From an uncultured Bacilli bacterium (GTDB lineage Bacteria; Bacillota_I; Bacilli_A; RF39; UBA660): a stretch of DNA of 64,000 nucleotides. Location: positions 88,091-152,090 of the forward strand of contig CAKOOM010000003.1 of the NCBI GenBank assembly GCA_934098395.1. Reading direction: 5' to 3'. The notes beneath the pieces are model-generated. The model did no database searches and was not told the DNA's origin. It was given only the letters and a program-made list of their open reading frames with translations. Below, piece after piece: positions 38,988 to 47,971 of the stretch. A program made the translations under genes and the position numbers. Every line of letters starts with the position of its first letter. The first letter of the stretch is position 1.

Positions 38988-39857
38988 ATGAATATTAAAG
39001 ATTTTTTAATTGAAAACTATATATGGATTTTGGTGGTTATCTTATTATCTATTGTAACTATTATTGGATTCTTAGCAGATAAGAAAAGAGTGAAAAATAA
39101 AAAAGAGGAAGTACCAGCAAATAATGGAAATAATGCCAATGCTACGACTATTCCTGATAATTCAAATAATTCTAATCCAGTAAATACTGGAATAAATTAT
39201 CAAACCAATTCTAATCAACAGTTTGATAGTCTAAATATGCCTTTGCCACAAGCCAATATAGATATACAACCAGTGGCTCCAGTTGGTCCTACTGAACCAA
39301 TAGGACCTCAAGCACCTATCCAAAATACAATGCCTAGTCCAATTGAACCGGTTAATACATCACCTGCGCCAGAACCAATGTATCAGCCATTATCAGAACA
39401 GTCTCCAAGTTTTAAAGAGCCAACTCCAAGTGCATCACCTATGATGCCATCTTACTCTAATCCACAACCTCCAGTATCACCTATTACTGGAGCACCCGTT
39501 GAAAATAGTGGAGTAGTAGAACCAACAAATTTTGTAAATCAACCTAATTATATAACTCCTACTGCCACACAACCAAGCCCAATAAATAATCAAAGTATTC
39601 AACCTAATATGGCATCAAATGAGAATGTTTATAATAACCAAATGAATAATAACTATCAAAATCCACAACCAGTAACTCCAAGCCAAATGCCATATCAGAG
39701 TCAACCAACAAATACAATACCTACACCAATACCATCACCAGTACCTGTAGAACCAACAAAAATAAATACTCCACAACAACCAACACCTATGCCAAATCAA
39801 CCAGTATCTTTCGTATATGGTCCACAAAATAACCAAAACAATAATCAAAATATGTAG
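38988..39857 (+). CDS. N-terminally membrane-anchored protein that is rich in Pro, Gln and Asn and predicted to be disordered
   Basis: TM helix at aa 10-30, followed by ~250 aa of PQN-rich low complexity. Confidence 0.5.
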   Translation: MNIKDFLIENYIWILVVILLSIVTIIGFLADKKRVKNKKEEVPANNGNNANATTIPDNSNNSNPVNTGINYQTNSNQQFDSLNMPLPQANIDIQPVAPVGPTEPIGPQAPIQNTMPSPIEPVNTSPAPEPMYQPLSEQSPSFKEPTPSASPMMPSYSNPQPPVSPITGAPVENSGVVEPTNFVNQPNYITPTATQPSPINNQSIQPNMASNENVYNNQMNNNYQNPQPVTPSQMPYQSQPTNTIPTPIPSPVPVEPTKINTPQQPTPMPNQPVSFVYGPQNNQNNNQNM

Positions 39858-39866
39858 GGAGGATTT

Positions 39867-40373
39867 ATGAATAATAACTTAAATAATTATAATAACCTTA
39901 CAAGAAATAATAATCCATATCCATCTCCCCAAGCACCAAACACTCAAAATCAATACAATCAAAATCAATTTGTTAACACCCAATATCAAACTCCAACTTA
40001 TCAAAATCAAGTAAATCCTTACCAAACACCTAATAATTTAGGACAATTAAACAATAATCCCATTCCCAATCAAATACCAAATAATCAAAATGCTTCCGAG
40101 CAAGTAACTAACAATGTTGCTCCACAACCAAATAATATTACTAGTCCTAGTGATGTTAACAATAATAATTTAATTAATGAACTAAATGTTGCTGGTAGTT
40201 ATAATAATATTGAAAAACAAGATATAACTCCTACAGAAAATAAGCCAAAAACAAAAAAGACAGTTACAATTAACAAAGAGTTAAAAACTCTTATGATAAT
40301 TGTCGCTATCCTCTTAGTATTTATATCCTTTATGCCTATTGTCTTTGATTTCTTTAGAAGTTTAGCTAGCTAA
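39867..40373 (+). CDS. C-terminally (tail-)anchored Asn/Gln-rich low-complexity protein
   Basis: N/Q-rich for ~140 aa, followed by a C-terminal TM helix (LMIIVAILLVFISFMPIVF). Confidence 0.5.
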   Translation: MNNNLNNYNNLTRNNNPYPSPQAPNTQNQYNQNQFVNTQYQTPTYQNQVNPYQTPNNLGQLNNNPIPNQIPNNQNASEQVTNNVAPQPNNITSPSDVNNNNLINELNVAGSYNNIEKQDITPTENKPKTKKTVTINKELKTLMIIVAILLVFISFMPIVFDFFRSLAS

Positions 40374-40668
40374 TTACTGATAATTTAACTACTAAATCAT
40401 AATTATCATCATCAGCCATAATATTTTTATGAACTTGATTACATTTTAAACACTTATAAATAATCTTATAAGTGTTTTTATATTTTTCAATACCAATAGG
40501 TTTCATTAAACCACAGCATTCATTCATTCTATCACCCGGCATAATATCAACATGTCTTGAATATAAACAATTCGGGCAATGATCCCTAGCCGTATAATTT
40601 AACTTTGAAACCTCATATCCACAATTTAAACAAATAAACTCCTCATCCATCATTTTAAATCTCTTCAT
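40366..40668 (-). CDS. Cys-rich small protein, RNHCP-domain-like (a zinc-ribbon protein)
   Basis: CLNCGY...RDHCPNCLYSRH...CLKC. The motif resembles the RNHCP family signature. Confidence 0.45.
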   Translation of the reverse strand: MKRFKMMDEEFICLNCGYEVSKLNYTARDHCPNCLYSRHVDIMPGDRMNECCGLMKPIGIEKYKNTYKIIYKCLKCNQVHKNIMADDDNYDLVVKLSVIS

Positions 40669-40783
40669 AAATACATATCACCTGTAAAAATTTTATCAAA
40701 ATATTAATAAATTGTCTACATAATCACCATTATTACTTGTAAATTACTTCTCTTTTGGTATATAATTAAATCATGGTGGTTTT

Positions 40784-41017
40784 ATGGAGTTTACAAGTCT
40801 TAAACAATTATATCAAAAACTATTACCAGCCTTTGCTGTAAAAAAAAGATTAATATCCATTACTAAATATAAACATATAAATAACGAAGATATATGGCGA
40901 TACTTAGTAAAAACAAAATGGTCGAATAGTTACAACCTACAACTATCAGATATCATAAATGACATAATAACCATTGAAGTAGACAAAGTTAACACATTTT
41001 TAGGAGGAACAAAATGA
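40784..41017 (+). CDS. comN: ComN/YrzD-family post-transcriptional regulator, conserved upstream of secDF
   Basis: LYQKLLPAF...EDIWRYLVKTKW...LSDIINDII aligns with B. subtilis YrzD (QLLPAL...EELWRCLLEKKW...LVNDIL), and the synteny with secDF is conserved. Confidence 0.55.
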   Translation: MEFTSLKQLYQKLLPAFAVKKRLISITKYKHINNEDIWRYLVKTKWSNSYNLQLSDIINDIITIEVDKVNTFLGGTK

Positions 41018-43260
41018 AAAAAACAAAACTAATTATAGGAACATTCTTAGTATTATTACTATCATTTGTATGTTGTTATTTTATTAGTCCATTACTAAAT
41101 AAAATAAATTTTGGACTAGATTTACAAGGTGGATTTGAAGTATTATACGAAGTAAAACCCTTAAAAGAAGAAGATACTCTAACCCAAGATATGTTATATT
41201 CAACATATAAATCTATTCTTAAAAGAATTGATGTTCTTGGCGTATCAGAACCAGAAATAACTATCGAAGGAACAGACCGTATCAGAGTAAAATTAGCAGG
41301 TATAACTAATGCTGCTGATGCCAGAAACACTATCTCATCAACTGCTGTATTATCATTCAGAGACTACAGTGACAATCTTTTAATGACTAGTGACGTTCTT
41401 GGAGGACAAGCTAAAGTGACTACTGATTCCAAAGGAAAACCAGCAGTAAGTTTAAAAATAAAAGATACTGATAAATTTTATGAAGTAACTAAAAGAGTAA
41501 AAAATATGACAAACAACATCATGGTAATCTGGCTTGATTATGATGAAACAACTGACTCATATCGTAAAGAAATGGCTAAATGTGGAACAAACGAATCACA
41601 CTGTCTATCTGGAGCTAGAGTAGACCAAGCCTTTGCCAGTGATGTAATAATTCAAGGTAACTTTACCAAAGAAGAAGCCACAAAATTAGTAGAATTAATA
41701 AACTCTGGAGCCCTACCAACTAAACTAACAGAAATATCATCTCGAACAGTTGAAGCATCTTTTGGAGCAGATTCTCTAAACAAAACCCTAACAGCCGGAA
41801 TAATTGGAATAATCTTAGTAATTGTATTAATTACTGCCATATATCGTTTCTCAGGATTCATTGCCAGCTTTGGCTTAATCCTATACACATTCCTATCATT
41901 CTTAATATTCTATCTAATTAATGGCGTATTAACCTTACCTGGAATAGCAGCTATGTTACTAGGTATTGGTATGGCCGTAGATGCTAACGTAATATGCTTT
42001 GAAAGAATAAAAGAAAACCTATTAATAGGAAAAAGCTTAAAAGAATCATTTGATATTGGTAATAAAAGTAGCTTTACCAGCATAATAGATGCCAATGTTA
42101 CAACAATCATTGCTGCTATCATTATGTTTATCCTAGGACAAAGTTCAGTAAAAGGTTTTGCTACTATGTTAATTATCAATATTATCGTAACCATCTTAGT
42201 AATGGTATACCTAGTAAAATATATCTTAAAACTATTTGTTAAGACAAACTTCTTTGATAATAAACCTGGATTATTTATCGGAGTTAATAAAAAGAAAATA
42301 GAAAAAAGTAAAGAAGTACGCATACCATTTGCTAAATTAAATATTGTAAAACATCAAAAAATATTTATTACAGCTACCATTGTTCTATTTGTAATAGGTA
42401 TAACTATGTTTGTAACCACTAAAGCTAACTTTGGTGTAGACTTTACCGGTGGTACTAGTATAACTATTAACAATAAAGATGCTGACATTAATAAAATAGA
42501 AAAGTTATTAACTGATGAATCATATAAAATAGAAAAGAGTAGTACTAATGATAAAGAAATTAATATAACTATTTCTGAAACTCTAAATAAAGATGAAATA
42601 GCTAAGTTAACAAATACTCTAAAAGAAGATTATAAACTAGATAGTAATATCTACGTAGTAAGTAAAGTAGTAAAACAAGAATTAGTAAAAAATGCCGTTA
42701 AGTCATTAATAATAGCTAGCATTGGAATAATTATCTATGTAGCTATCAGATTTAGATTTAACTATGCCGTAAGTGGCGTTGTAGCTCTAATACACGACGT
42801 AGCCTTTACATTCCTATTCTTTGCTGCTACTAAAATACAAATAGATTCTATCTTTATAGCAGGTATTCTTACCATTATTGGTTACAGTATAAATGATACT
42901 ATTGTAACATTTGATATGATAAGAGAAAACTATAAAAACAAATATAAAAATAATATCACTAAACCAGAAGATTTAGATGAATTAGTAAATATCAGTATTC
43001 GTAGAACCTTATTTAGAAATATCTTAACAACAGTAACTACCATAATTCCAGTAATAGTTTTAATATTCCTAGGTTCTAAAGAAATACTAAACTTTAACTT
43101 ATCACTTTTAGTAGGTTTCATTGCTGGTGCATATTCATCAATCTTCATCTCTAATATGCTATGGCTAAAATTAGAAAAAAGAAGAATAAGTCAACCAAAG
43201 AAAAAACATGATGACAATGATGAAGTTGAAGAACTTAAAGTAAGAGGAATAAACTGCTAA
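41014..43260 (+). CDS. secDF: Protein translocase subunit SecDF (a fused SecD/SecF)
   Basis: 748 aa with 12 TM helices and two periplasmic-type loops. Confidence 0.92.
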   Translation: MKKTKLIIGTFLVLLLSFVCCYFISPLLNKINFGLDLQGGFEVLYEVKPLKEEDTLTQDMLYSTYKSILKRIDVLGVSEPEITIEGTDRIRVKLAGITNAADARNTISSTAVLSFRDYSDNLLMTSDVLGGQAKVTTDSKGKPAVSLKIKDTDKFYEVTKRVKNMTNNIMVIWLDYDETTDSYRKEMAKCGTNESHCLSGARVDQAFASDVIIQGNFTKEEATKLVELINSGALPTKLTEISSRTVEASFGADSLNKTLTAGIIGIILVIVLITAIYRFSGFIASFGLILYTFLSFLIFYLINGVLTLPGIAAMLLGIGMAVDANVICFERIKENLLIGKSLKESFDIGNKSSFTSIIDANVTTIIAAIIMFILGQSSVKGFATMLIINIIVTILVMVYLVKYILKLFVKTNFFDNKPGLFIGVNKKKIEKSKEVRIPFAKLNIVKHQKIFITATIVLFVIGITMFVTTKANFGVDFTGGTSITINNKDADINKIEKLLTDESYKIEKSSTNDKEINITISETLNKDEIAKLTNTLKEDYKLDSNIYVVSKVVKQELVKNAVKSLIIASIGIIIYVAIRFRFNYAVSGVVALIHDVAFTFLFFAATKIQIDSIFIAGILTIIGYSINDTIVTFDMIRENYKNKYKNNITKPEDLDELVNISIRRTLFRNILTTVTTIIPVIVLIFLGSKEILNFNLSLLVGFIAGAYSSIFISNMLWLKLEKRRISQPKKKHDDNDEVEELKVRGINC

Positions 43261-43343
43261 AGTATTAAGCTATCAAATTTGATAGCTTTTTGCAAATTAT
43301 AATGATATAATAAATTAATAATAGAGAAATTGAGGTGTTAAAT

Positions 43344-45494
43344 ATGAGTGTAAAAACAGAAAAGATTACTATCGAAGATTTGTTAGAAAAGTTTAGTCAA
43401 TATGATGATAATGTAGAAAACTTAAAATTAATAAGAAGTGCTTATGATTATGCTTATAAAAAGCACTTCTCCCAAAAAAGAATAACTGGTGATGATTATA
43501 TTACCCATCCCTTAAATGTTGCTTGGATCCTAACTGGAGTTAATGCCGACAGTCATGCTATTGCTGCTGCCTTACTACATGATACAATCGAAGATTCAGA
43601 TAGCACATATGAAGAAATAAAAGATTTATTTGGCGAAGATATTGCCAAAATTGTCGATGGCGTAACTAAAATTAATCGTTTAAAATTCCAATCAGATTCC
43701 GAGCAAATGGCTGCCAATCAAAGAAAAATTCTTGTTGGTTTATCTGAAGACGTTCGAGTTCTAATTGTAAAATTAGCCGACAGACTACACAACATGCGAA
43801 CACTTTATGTATTATCTGAAGCAAAACAAAAAAGAAAAGCCAAAGAAACCCTAGAAATATTAACTCCCGTGGCTCATAGATTAGGTATGTATAAATTAAA
43901 ATCAGAACTTGAAGACCTATCCTTAAGATACCTAAACCCAACAGCATACTACGAAGTCGTAGAAAAACTAAACCTAAAGAAAACAGAAAGAGATGAAGCT
44001 GTCGGAGCAATGCTTGAGGAAGTAAGCAATCTTCTAACAGAACATAACATTAATCACGAAATAAAAGGCCGTAGTAAAAGCATTTACAGTATCTATAACA
44101 AACTAAATAAAGGTCGTAAATTTGAAGATATCTATGATATTCTAGCTCTAAGAGTATTTGTTAATACCGAACAAGAATGTTACCTAGCCTTAGGATTAAT
44201 CCATTCAAAATATAAACCAGTACCCAAAAGATTTAAAGATTATATAGCTATGCCAAAAACAAATCTATATCAATCACTTCATACAACTGTATTTGGTATT
44301 GACGGCCAATTATTTGAAATTCAAATAAGAACATATGAAATGGATAAAATAGCCGAATATGGTATTGCTTCTCACTGGTCTTACAAAGAAAACAAACCAG
44401 TAAATTCTAAAGATACCGTCGAACAAAAACTAGAAATATTTAGAAGTATCATCGAATTAAATGAAGATTCCAGTACCTCTGAAGAATTTATTACCAATGT
44501 AAAAAAAGATATTTTAATAAACGATTCAATCTATGTATATACCCCTAAAGGGGACGTTATTGAATTACCAATCGGTTCAACTTGTGTTGACTTTGCATAT
44601 AGAGTTCACTCAGAAGTCGGAGACAAAATGGTCGGAGCAATTGTTAATGATAATATCGTTCCATTTGATTACACCCTAAAAACTGGTGATATCATCAAAG
44701 TAAACACTAGCAAATTATCTAAAGGGCCAAATAAAGATTGGCTAAACTTTGTTGTAACTAGCCAAGCTAAAAATAAAATAAAAGCCTTCTACACCAAGAG
44801 AGAAAAAAATGAAAACTTATCAAGAGGTATGGATATCTTTGAAAAAGCCTTAAGAAAAAGAAAATTGTCTTATCAAGACGTAATAGATAATCAATTAAAC
44901 ATCATCCTAGATACCCTTAAATTAAAAGATTTAGATGAATTATATATAGCCATAGGCTCTGGAAAATATACTATTGCCTCAGTCCTAAAAATAATCAACA
45001 AAAAAGAATCAGCTATCAATAAAATATTTAAGAAAAACCCAGTCATTAAAAAAGAACCACTAAAAAATGACATCCTCGTAGAAGGCATGAATGAAATAAA
45101 AGTAAGTCTAAGTAATTGCTGTAAACCAATCCCTGGAGATAATATCATCGGATATATCACTAAAGGCTCAGGCATAACAGTTCATCGTAGTAATTGTAAA
45201 AATATTCTTGACTTAGATGAAAGATTAATAAATGTAAAATGGAATGAAGATTTATTTAAAAAATTTCCTACCGATATTATGATATATACTAATACCAACG
45301 ATAATCTATTAGATATTATTACTAAAGCATCAGCAAATAACATCCTAATAGAAAGTGTTAATACTATAACTAAATCAGAATTTAAAATATATAGCATGAC
45401 TATCCTAATAGAAAATACTGAAAAACTAGATAAATTCTTTAAAGAACTTTATAAACTTAGTTTCATTCAAAAAATAGAAAGGCAGATAAATTAA
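43344..45494 (+). CDS. relA: Bifunctional (p)ppGpp synthetase/hydrolase RelA/SpoT (Rel). I place the start at ATG 43344
   Basis: HD domain (HD..ED), synthetase domain, TGS and ACT domains. The RBS GAGGTG precedes ATG 43344. Confidence 0.92.
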   Translation: MSVKTEKITIEDLLEKFSQYDDNVENLKLIRSAYDYAYKKHFSQKRITGDDYITHPLNVAWILTGVNADSHAIAAALLHDTIEDSDSTYEEIKDLFGEDIAKIVDGVTKINRLKFQSDSEQMAANQRKILVGLSEDVRVLIVKLADRLHNMRTLYVLSEAKQKRKAKETLEILTPVAHRLGMYKLKSELEDLSLRYLNPTAYYEVVEKLNLKKTERDEAVGAMLEEVSNLLTEHNINHEIKGRSKSIYSIYNKLNKGRKFEDIYDILALRVFVNTEQECYLALGLIHSKYKPVPKRFKDYIAMPKTNLYQSLHTTVFGIDGQLFEIQIRTYEMDKIAEYGIASHWSYKENKPVNSKDTVEQKLEIFRSIIELNEDSSTSEEFITNVKKDILINDSIYVYTPKGDVIELPIGSTCVDFAYRVHSEVGDKMVGAIVNDNIVPFDYTLKTGDIIKVNTSKLSKGPNKDWLNFVVTSQAKNKIKAFYTKREKNENLSRGMDIFEKALRKRKLSYQDVIDNQLNIILDTLKLKDLDELYIAIGSGKYTIASVLKIINKKESAINKIFKKNPVIKKEPLKNDILVEGMNEIKVSLSNCCKPIPGDNIIGYITKGSGITVHRSNCKNILDLDERLINVKWNEDLFKKFPTDIMIYTNTNDNLLDIITKASANNILIESVNTITKSEFKIYSMTILIENTEKLDKFFKELYKLSFIQKIERQIN

Positions 45495-45931
45495 TGAAAA
45501 TAATCGTTCAAAGATGTGAAAAAGCAAAAGTAACTGTTAAAGGTAAAACCGTCGGATCTATCGAATCAGGATTAATGCTTTTAGTAGGCTTTACCCATAC
45601 TGATACCGAAAAAGAAATAGATTACATGGTAGATAAAGTAATTAACTTAAGAATTTTTGATGATGAAGCTGGCATAATGAATAAAAGCTTAATAGATACA
45701 AAAGGAAGTATTCTCTCAGTAAGCCAATTCACTTTATATGCCGACCCATCAAAAGGTCGAAGACCAAGTTATATTAAAGCCTTATCTGGTGATAAAGCCA
45801 TTAATCTATATAATCTATTTAATCAAAAACTAAAAGAAAAAAACATCCACGTCGAAACAGGTTTATTTGGAGCCGAGATGAAAGTAGACTTTATAAATGA
45901 TGGACCAATAACTATTATTCTAGAAAAATAA
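45494..45931 (+). CDS. dtd: D-aminoacyl-tRNA deacylase
   Basis: MKIIVQR...SGLMLLVGF and the SQFTL motif. Confidence 0.9.
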   Translation: MKIIVQRCEKAKVTVKGKTVGSIESGLMLLVGFTHTDTEKEIDYMVDKVINLRIFDDEAGIMNKSLIDTKGSILSVSQFTLYADPSKGRRPSYIKALSGDKAINLYNLFNQKLKEKNIHVETGLFGAEMKVDFINDGPITIILEK

Positions 45932-46013
45932 TTGTAAAATAAAAGTAAGCTTAATAAATAAAGTTTACTTTTTTTTCTATCTTTGCTATATTATTATAAA
46001 GGATAGTGTAACT

Positions 46014-47141
46014 ATGAAAAAAACAAAATTAGATAAACCATTACTAATAGTAATGATTGTATTTCTTGTATTTGGACTTATCATGGTACTTAGTGCCTCA
46101 TCTATGGCATCATACATGAGATATGATAAGAATATATATGACTATTTCATAAAACAAGCAATCTTTATCCTTGCAGGATTAGTTGCCTTTCTAATAGCCA
46201 CATATTTTCCAACTAAGTTATTTAAAAAAATATCCCCATTTCTAATGTTTATCTTAATTCTATCTTTAGTAGGATTAATGTTTTATGGGAATGATAATGG
46301 TACTAGTCAAAGCTGGTATAACTTAAAAGTAATTACCATTCAACCAAGTGAAATGGGTAAAATAATCATCGTATTATATTTAGCAAATTACTATAATAAT
46401 CATAAGGATGAACTAGATAATCAATGGATTCTTTTAAAACCACTAATATTAGTAATTATTAACTTTGTATTAATAGCTATGCAACCAGACTTAGGAACAG
46501 CTAGTGTTATCTTTGGTATAGTTGTAATGATATTCTATGCCTTACCATTAAAAAAACAAACTAGAACTCCCATAAACAAAATCTTCTTAGGAGGTATTCT
46601 CTTAGTGGTATTATCCCTAATACTAACAGGAGGTTCATTCTTAAGAGATTATCAATTAGAAAGATTTAACTTCTTAAACCCTTGTGAAAGATATGAAGAA
46701 GAATCTGGATATCAATTATGTAATAGTTTAATAGCCTTTAAAAATGGAGGTCTAACAGGTAAAGGAATAGGTGAAAGTACTCAAAAATATCTATATTTAC
46801 CAGAAGCTCATACCGATTTTATCTTTCCTATAATCGTCGAAGAGTGGGGCTTAATTGTTGGAATAATAATAATTTTATTATATCTATTTATTCTTTATCG
46901 AATTCTAAATATTGCTAAAAAAGCTACTAATCTAGGTAATTCAATAATTGCTTATGGAGTATTTGCATATCTCTTACTCCATATCTCTATTAACCTAATA
47001 GGAGTAATGGGTATTGGTCCATTAACAGGTGTCCCTCTACCATTCTTATCATATGGTGGTAGTTATATGTTAACCTTGTTATTTGCTATGGGCTTAGTTC
47101 AAAGAGTTCATTATGAAACATATAAAAAATCAAGAAAGTAA
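46014..47141 (+). CDS. SEDS-family peptidoglycan glycosyltransferase (FtsW/RodA/SpoVE)
   Basis: 375 aa with 10 TM helices. The motifs QPSE.GK and GGLTGKG are present. Confidence 0.85.
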   Translation: MKKTKLDKPLLIVMIVFLVFGLIMVLSASSMASYMRYDKNIYDYFIKQAIFILAGLVAFLIATYFPTKLFKKISPFLMFILILSLVGLMFYGNDNGTSQSWYNLKVITIQPSEMGKIIIVLYLANYYNNHKDELDNQWILLKPLILVIINFVLIAMQPDLGTASVIFGIVVMIFYALPLKKQTRTPINKIFLGGILLVVLSLILTGGSFLRDYQLERFNFLNPCERYEEESGYQLCNSLIAFKNGGLTGKGIGESTQKYLYLPEAHTDFIFPIIVEEWGLIVGIIIILLYLFILYRILNIAKKATNLGNSIIAYGVFAYLLLHISINLIGVMGIGPLTGVPLPFLSYGGSYMLTLLFAMGLVQRVHYETYKKSRK

Positions 47142-47166
47142 TGAGTTAGATTCTAACTCATTTTCT
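47142..47166 (+). terminator. Terminator hairpin TGAGTTAGATTCTAACTCA followed by a T-run
   Basis: An 8-bp stem with a 3-nt loop, followed by TTTTCT. Confidence 0.6.
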
Positions 47167-47289
47167 ATTACTTTAATACCTCTAGTTAATTAATTTGACA
47201 AACCAATTAATCCTTGCTATCATGTGTACGAACACTTAATAGTTAGGTACTCCATACTTTTATTAAAAGTAAAAGAGGAGTTGATTTTT

Positions 47290-47376
47290 ATGAAAGAAAA
47301 AGACATAATAATCTTTTATCAGGGGGTAGTGATATTCCTACTAATAATCATCATATTATTGATGCTTATAAAATAA
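47290..47376 (+). CDS. 28-aa hydrophobic peptide (MKEKDIIIFYQGVVIFLLIIIILLMLIK). It is a candidate type I toxin (Fst/Ldr-like class)
   Basis: RBS AAAAGAGGAG lies 9 nt upstream. It has a single TM helix, and it is followed immediately by the bidirectional terminator. Confidence 0.4.
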   Translation: MKEKDIIIFYQGVVIFLLIIIILLMLIK

Positions 47377-47381
47377 AAAAA

Positions 47382-47405
47382 GTACCTAACATAAGCTGTT
47401 AGGTA
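47382..47405. terminator. Bidirectional terminator GTACCTAAC-ATAAGCT-GTTAGGTA, flanked by A-runs upstream and A/T-rich sequence downstream
   Basis: Perfect hairpin. A convergent minus-strand promoter (TTGAAT-17-TATGAT, plus coordinates 47481-47509) points into it. Confidence 0.55.
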
Positions 47406-47539
47406 ACCAAAAACATTTCGGAGTACTTAACACGCAAATATTAAGTGTTCCTTTTTTATGAAGTTCCCTTCATTACACTAATCATATCATAATTTATCTT
47501 TTAATTCAACTATATTAAATGCTTTTTCTATATAGTGAA

Positions 47540-47830
47540 AATTCATTTTCTATTACTTTAATACCTCTAGTTAATTAATTTGACAAACAAATTAATTCTT
47601 GCTAATATGTGTACGAACACTTAATAGTTAGGTACACCATACTTTTATTAAAAGTAAAAGAGGAGTTGATTTTTATAAAATAAAAAAAGTACCTAACATA
47701 AGCTGTTAGGTATAACCTAAATATTAAGGAGTACTTAACACGCAAATATTAAGTGTTCCTTTTTTTATGAAGTCTCCTTCATTCATATCAATCATATCAC
47801 AATTTATCTTTTAATTCAACTATAATTGTT
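47540..47830 (+). repeat. Copy 2 of the tandem element. The peptide ORF is absent (there is no ATG), but the plus-strand promoter (-10 now TAATAT), the terminator (47689-47712) and the minus-strand promoter are all retained
   Basis: It aligns with copy 1 across the whole element apart from the 78-bp deletion. Confidence 0.8.
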
Positions 47831-47860
47831 GTATAATAAAAATAATTACTAAATAGATAA

Positions 47861-47971
47861 AATAATGCTTTTTCCATATAGTGAAAAAGTATTATTTTTT
47901 TATCCAAAAACCGTTGACATCCTAACTATTTTTTTTTGCGGTATCATAATTATATATGATAGGTGAGATAG
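47861..47971 (+). promoter_or_regulatory. Second copy of the terminator+promoter module (AATAATGCTTTTT...AAAAAGTATTATTTTTTT, CCGTTGACATCC, TTTGCGGTATCAT, GATAGGTGAGATAG-ATG)
   Basis: About 90 % identical to 35041-35150. TTGACA is at 47914-47919 and TATCAT at 47942-47947, with a 22-nt spacer. Confidence 0.55.

Larger units (their letters stand above)
47153..47520 (+). repeat. Copy 1 of a tandemly duplicated intergenic element. It carries the promoter TTGACA-17-TATCAT (47195-47223), a small ORF, the bidirectional terminator, and a convergent minus-strand promoter
   Basis: Near-identical to 47540-47830, except that it has an additional 78-bp segment (47291-47368). Confidence 0.8.

Noticed and set aside
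47153-47830. The possibility that the tandem repeat is a CRISPR array.
   Set aside because: There are only two ~300-370-bp units, with no short 25-40-bp repeats alternating with unique spacers. I found no regularly spaced short-repeat array anywhere in the window.
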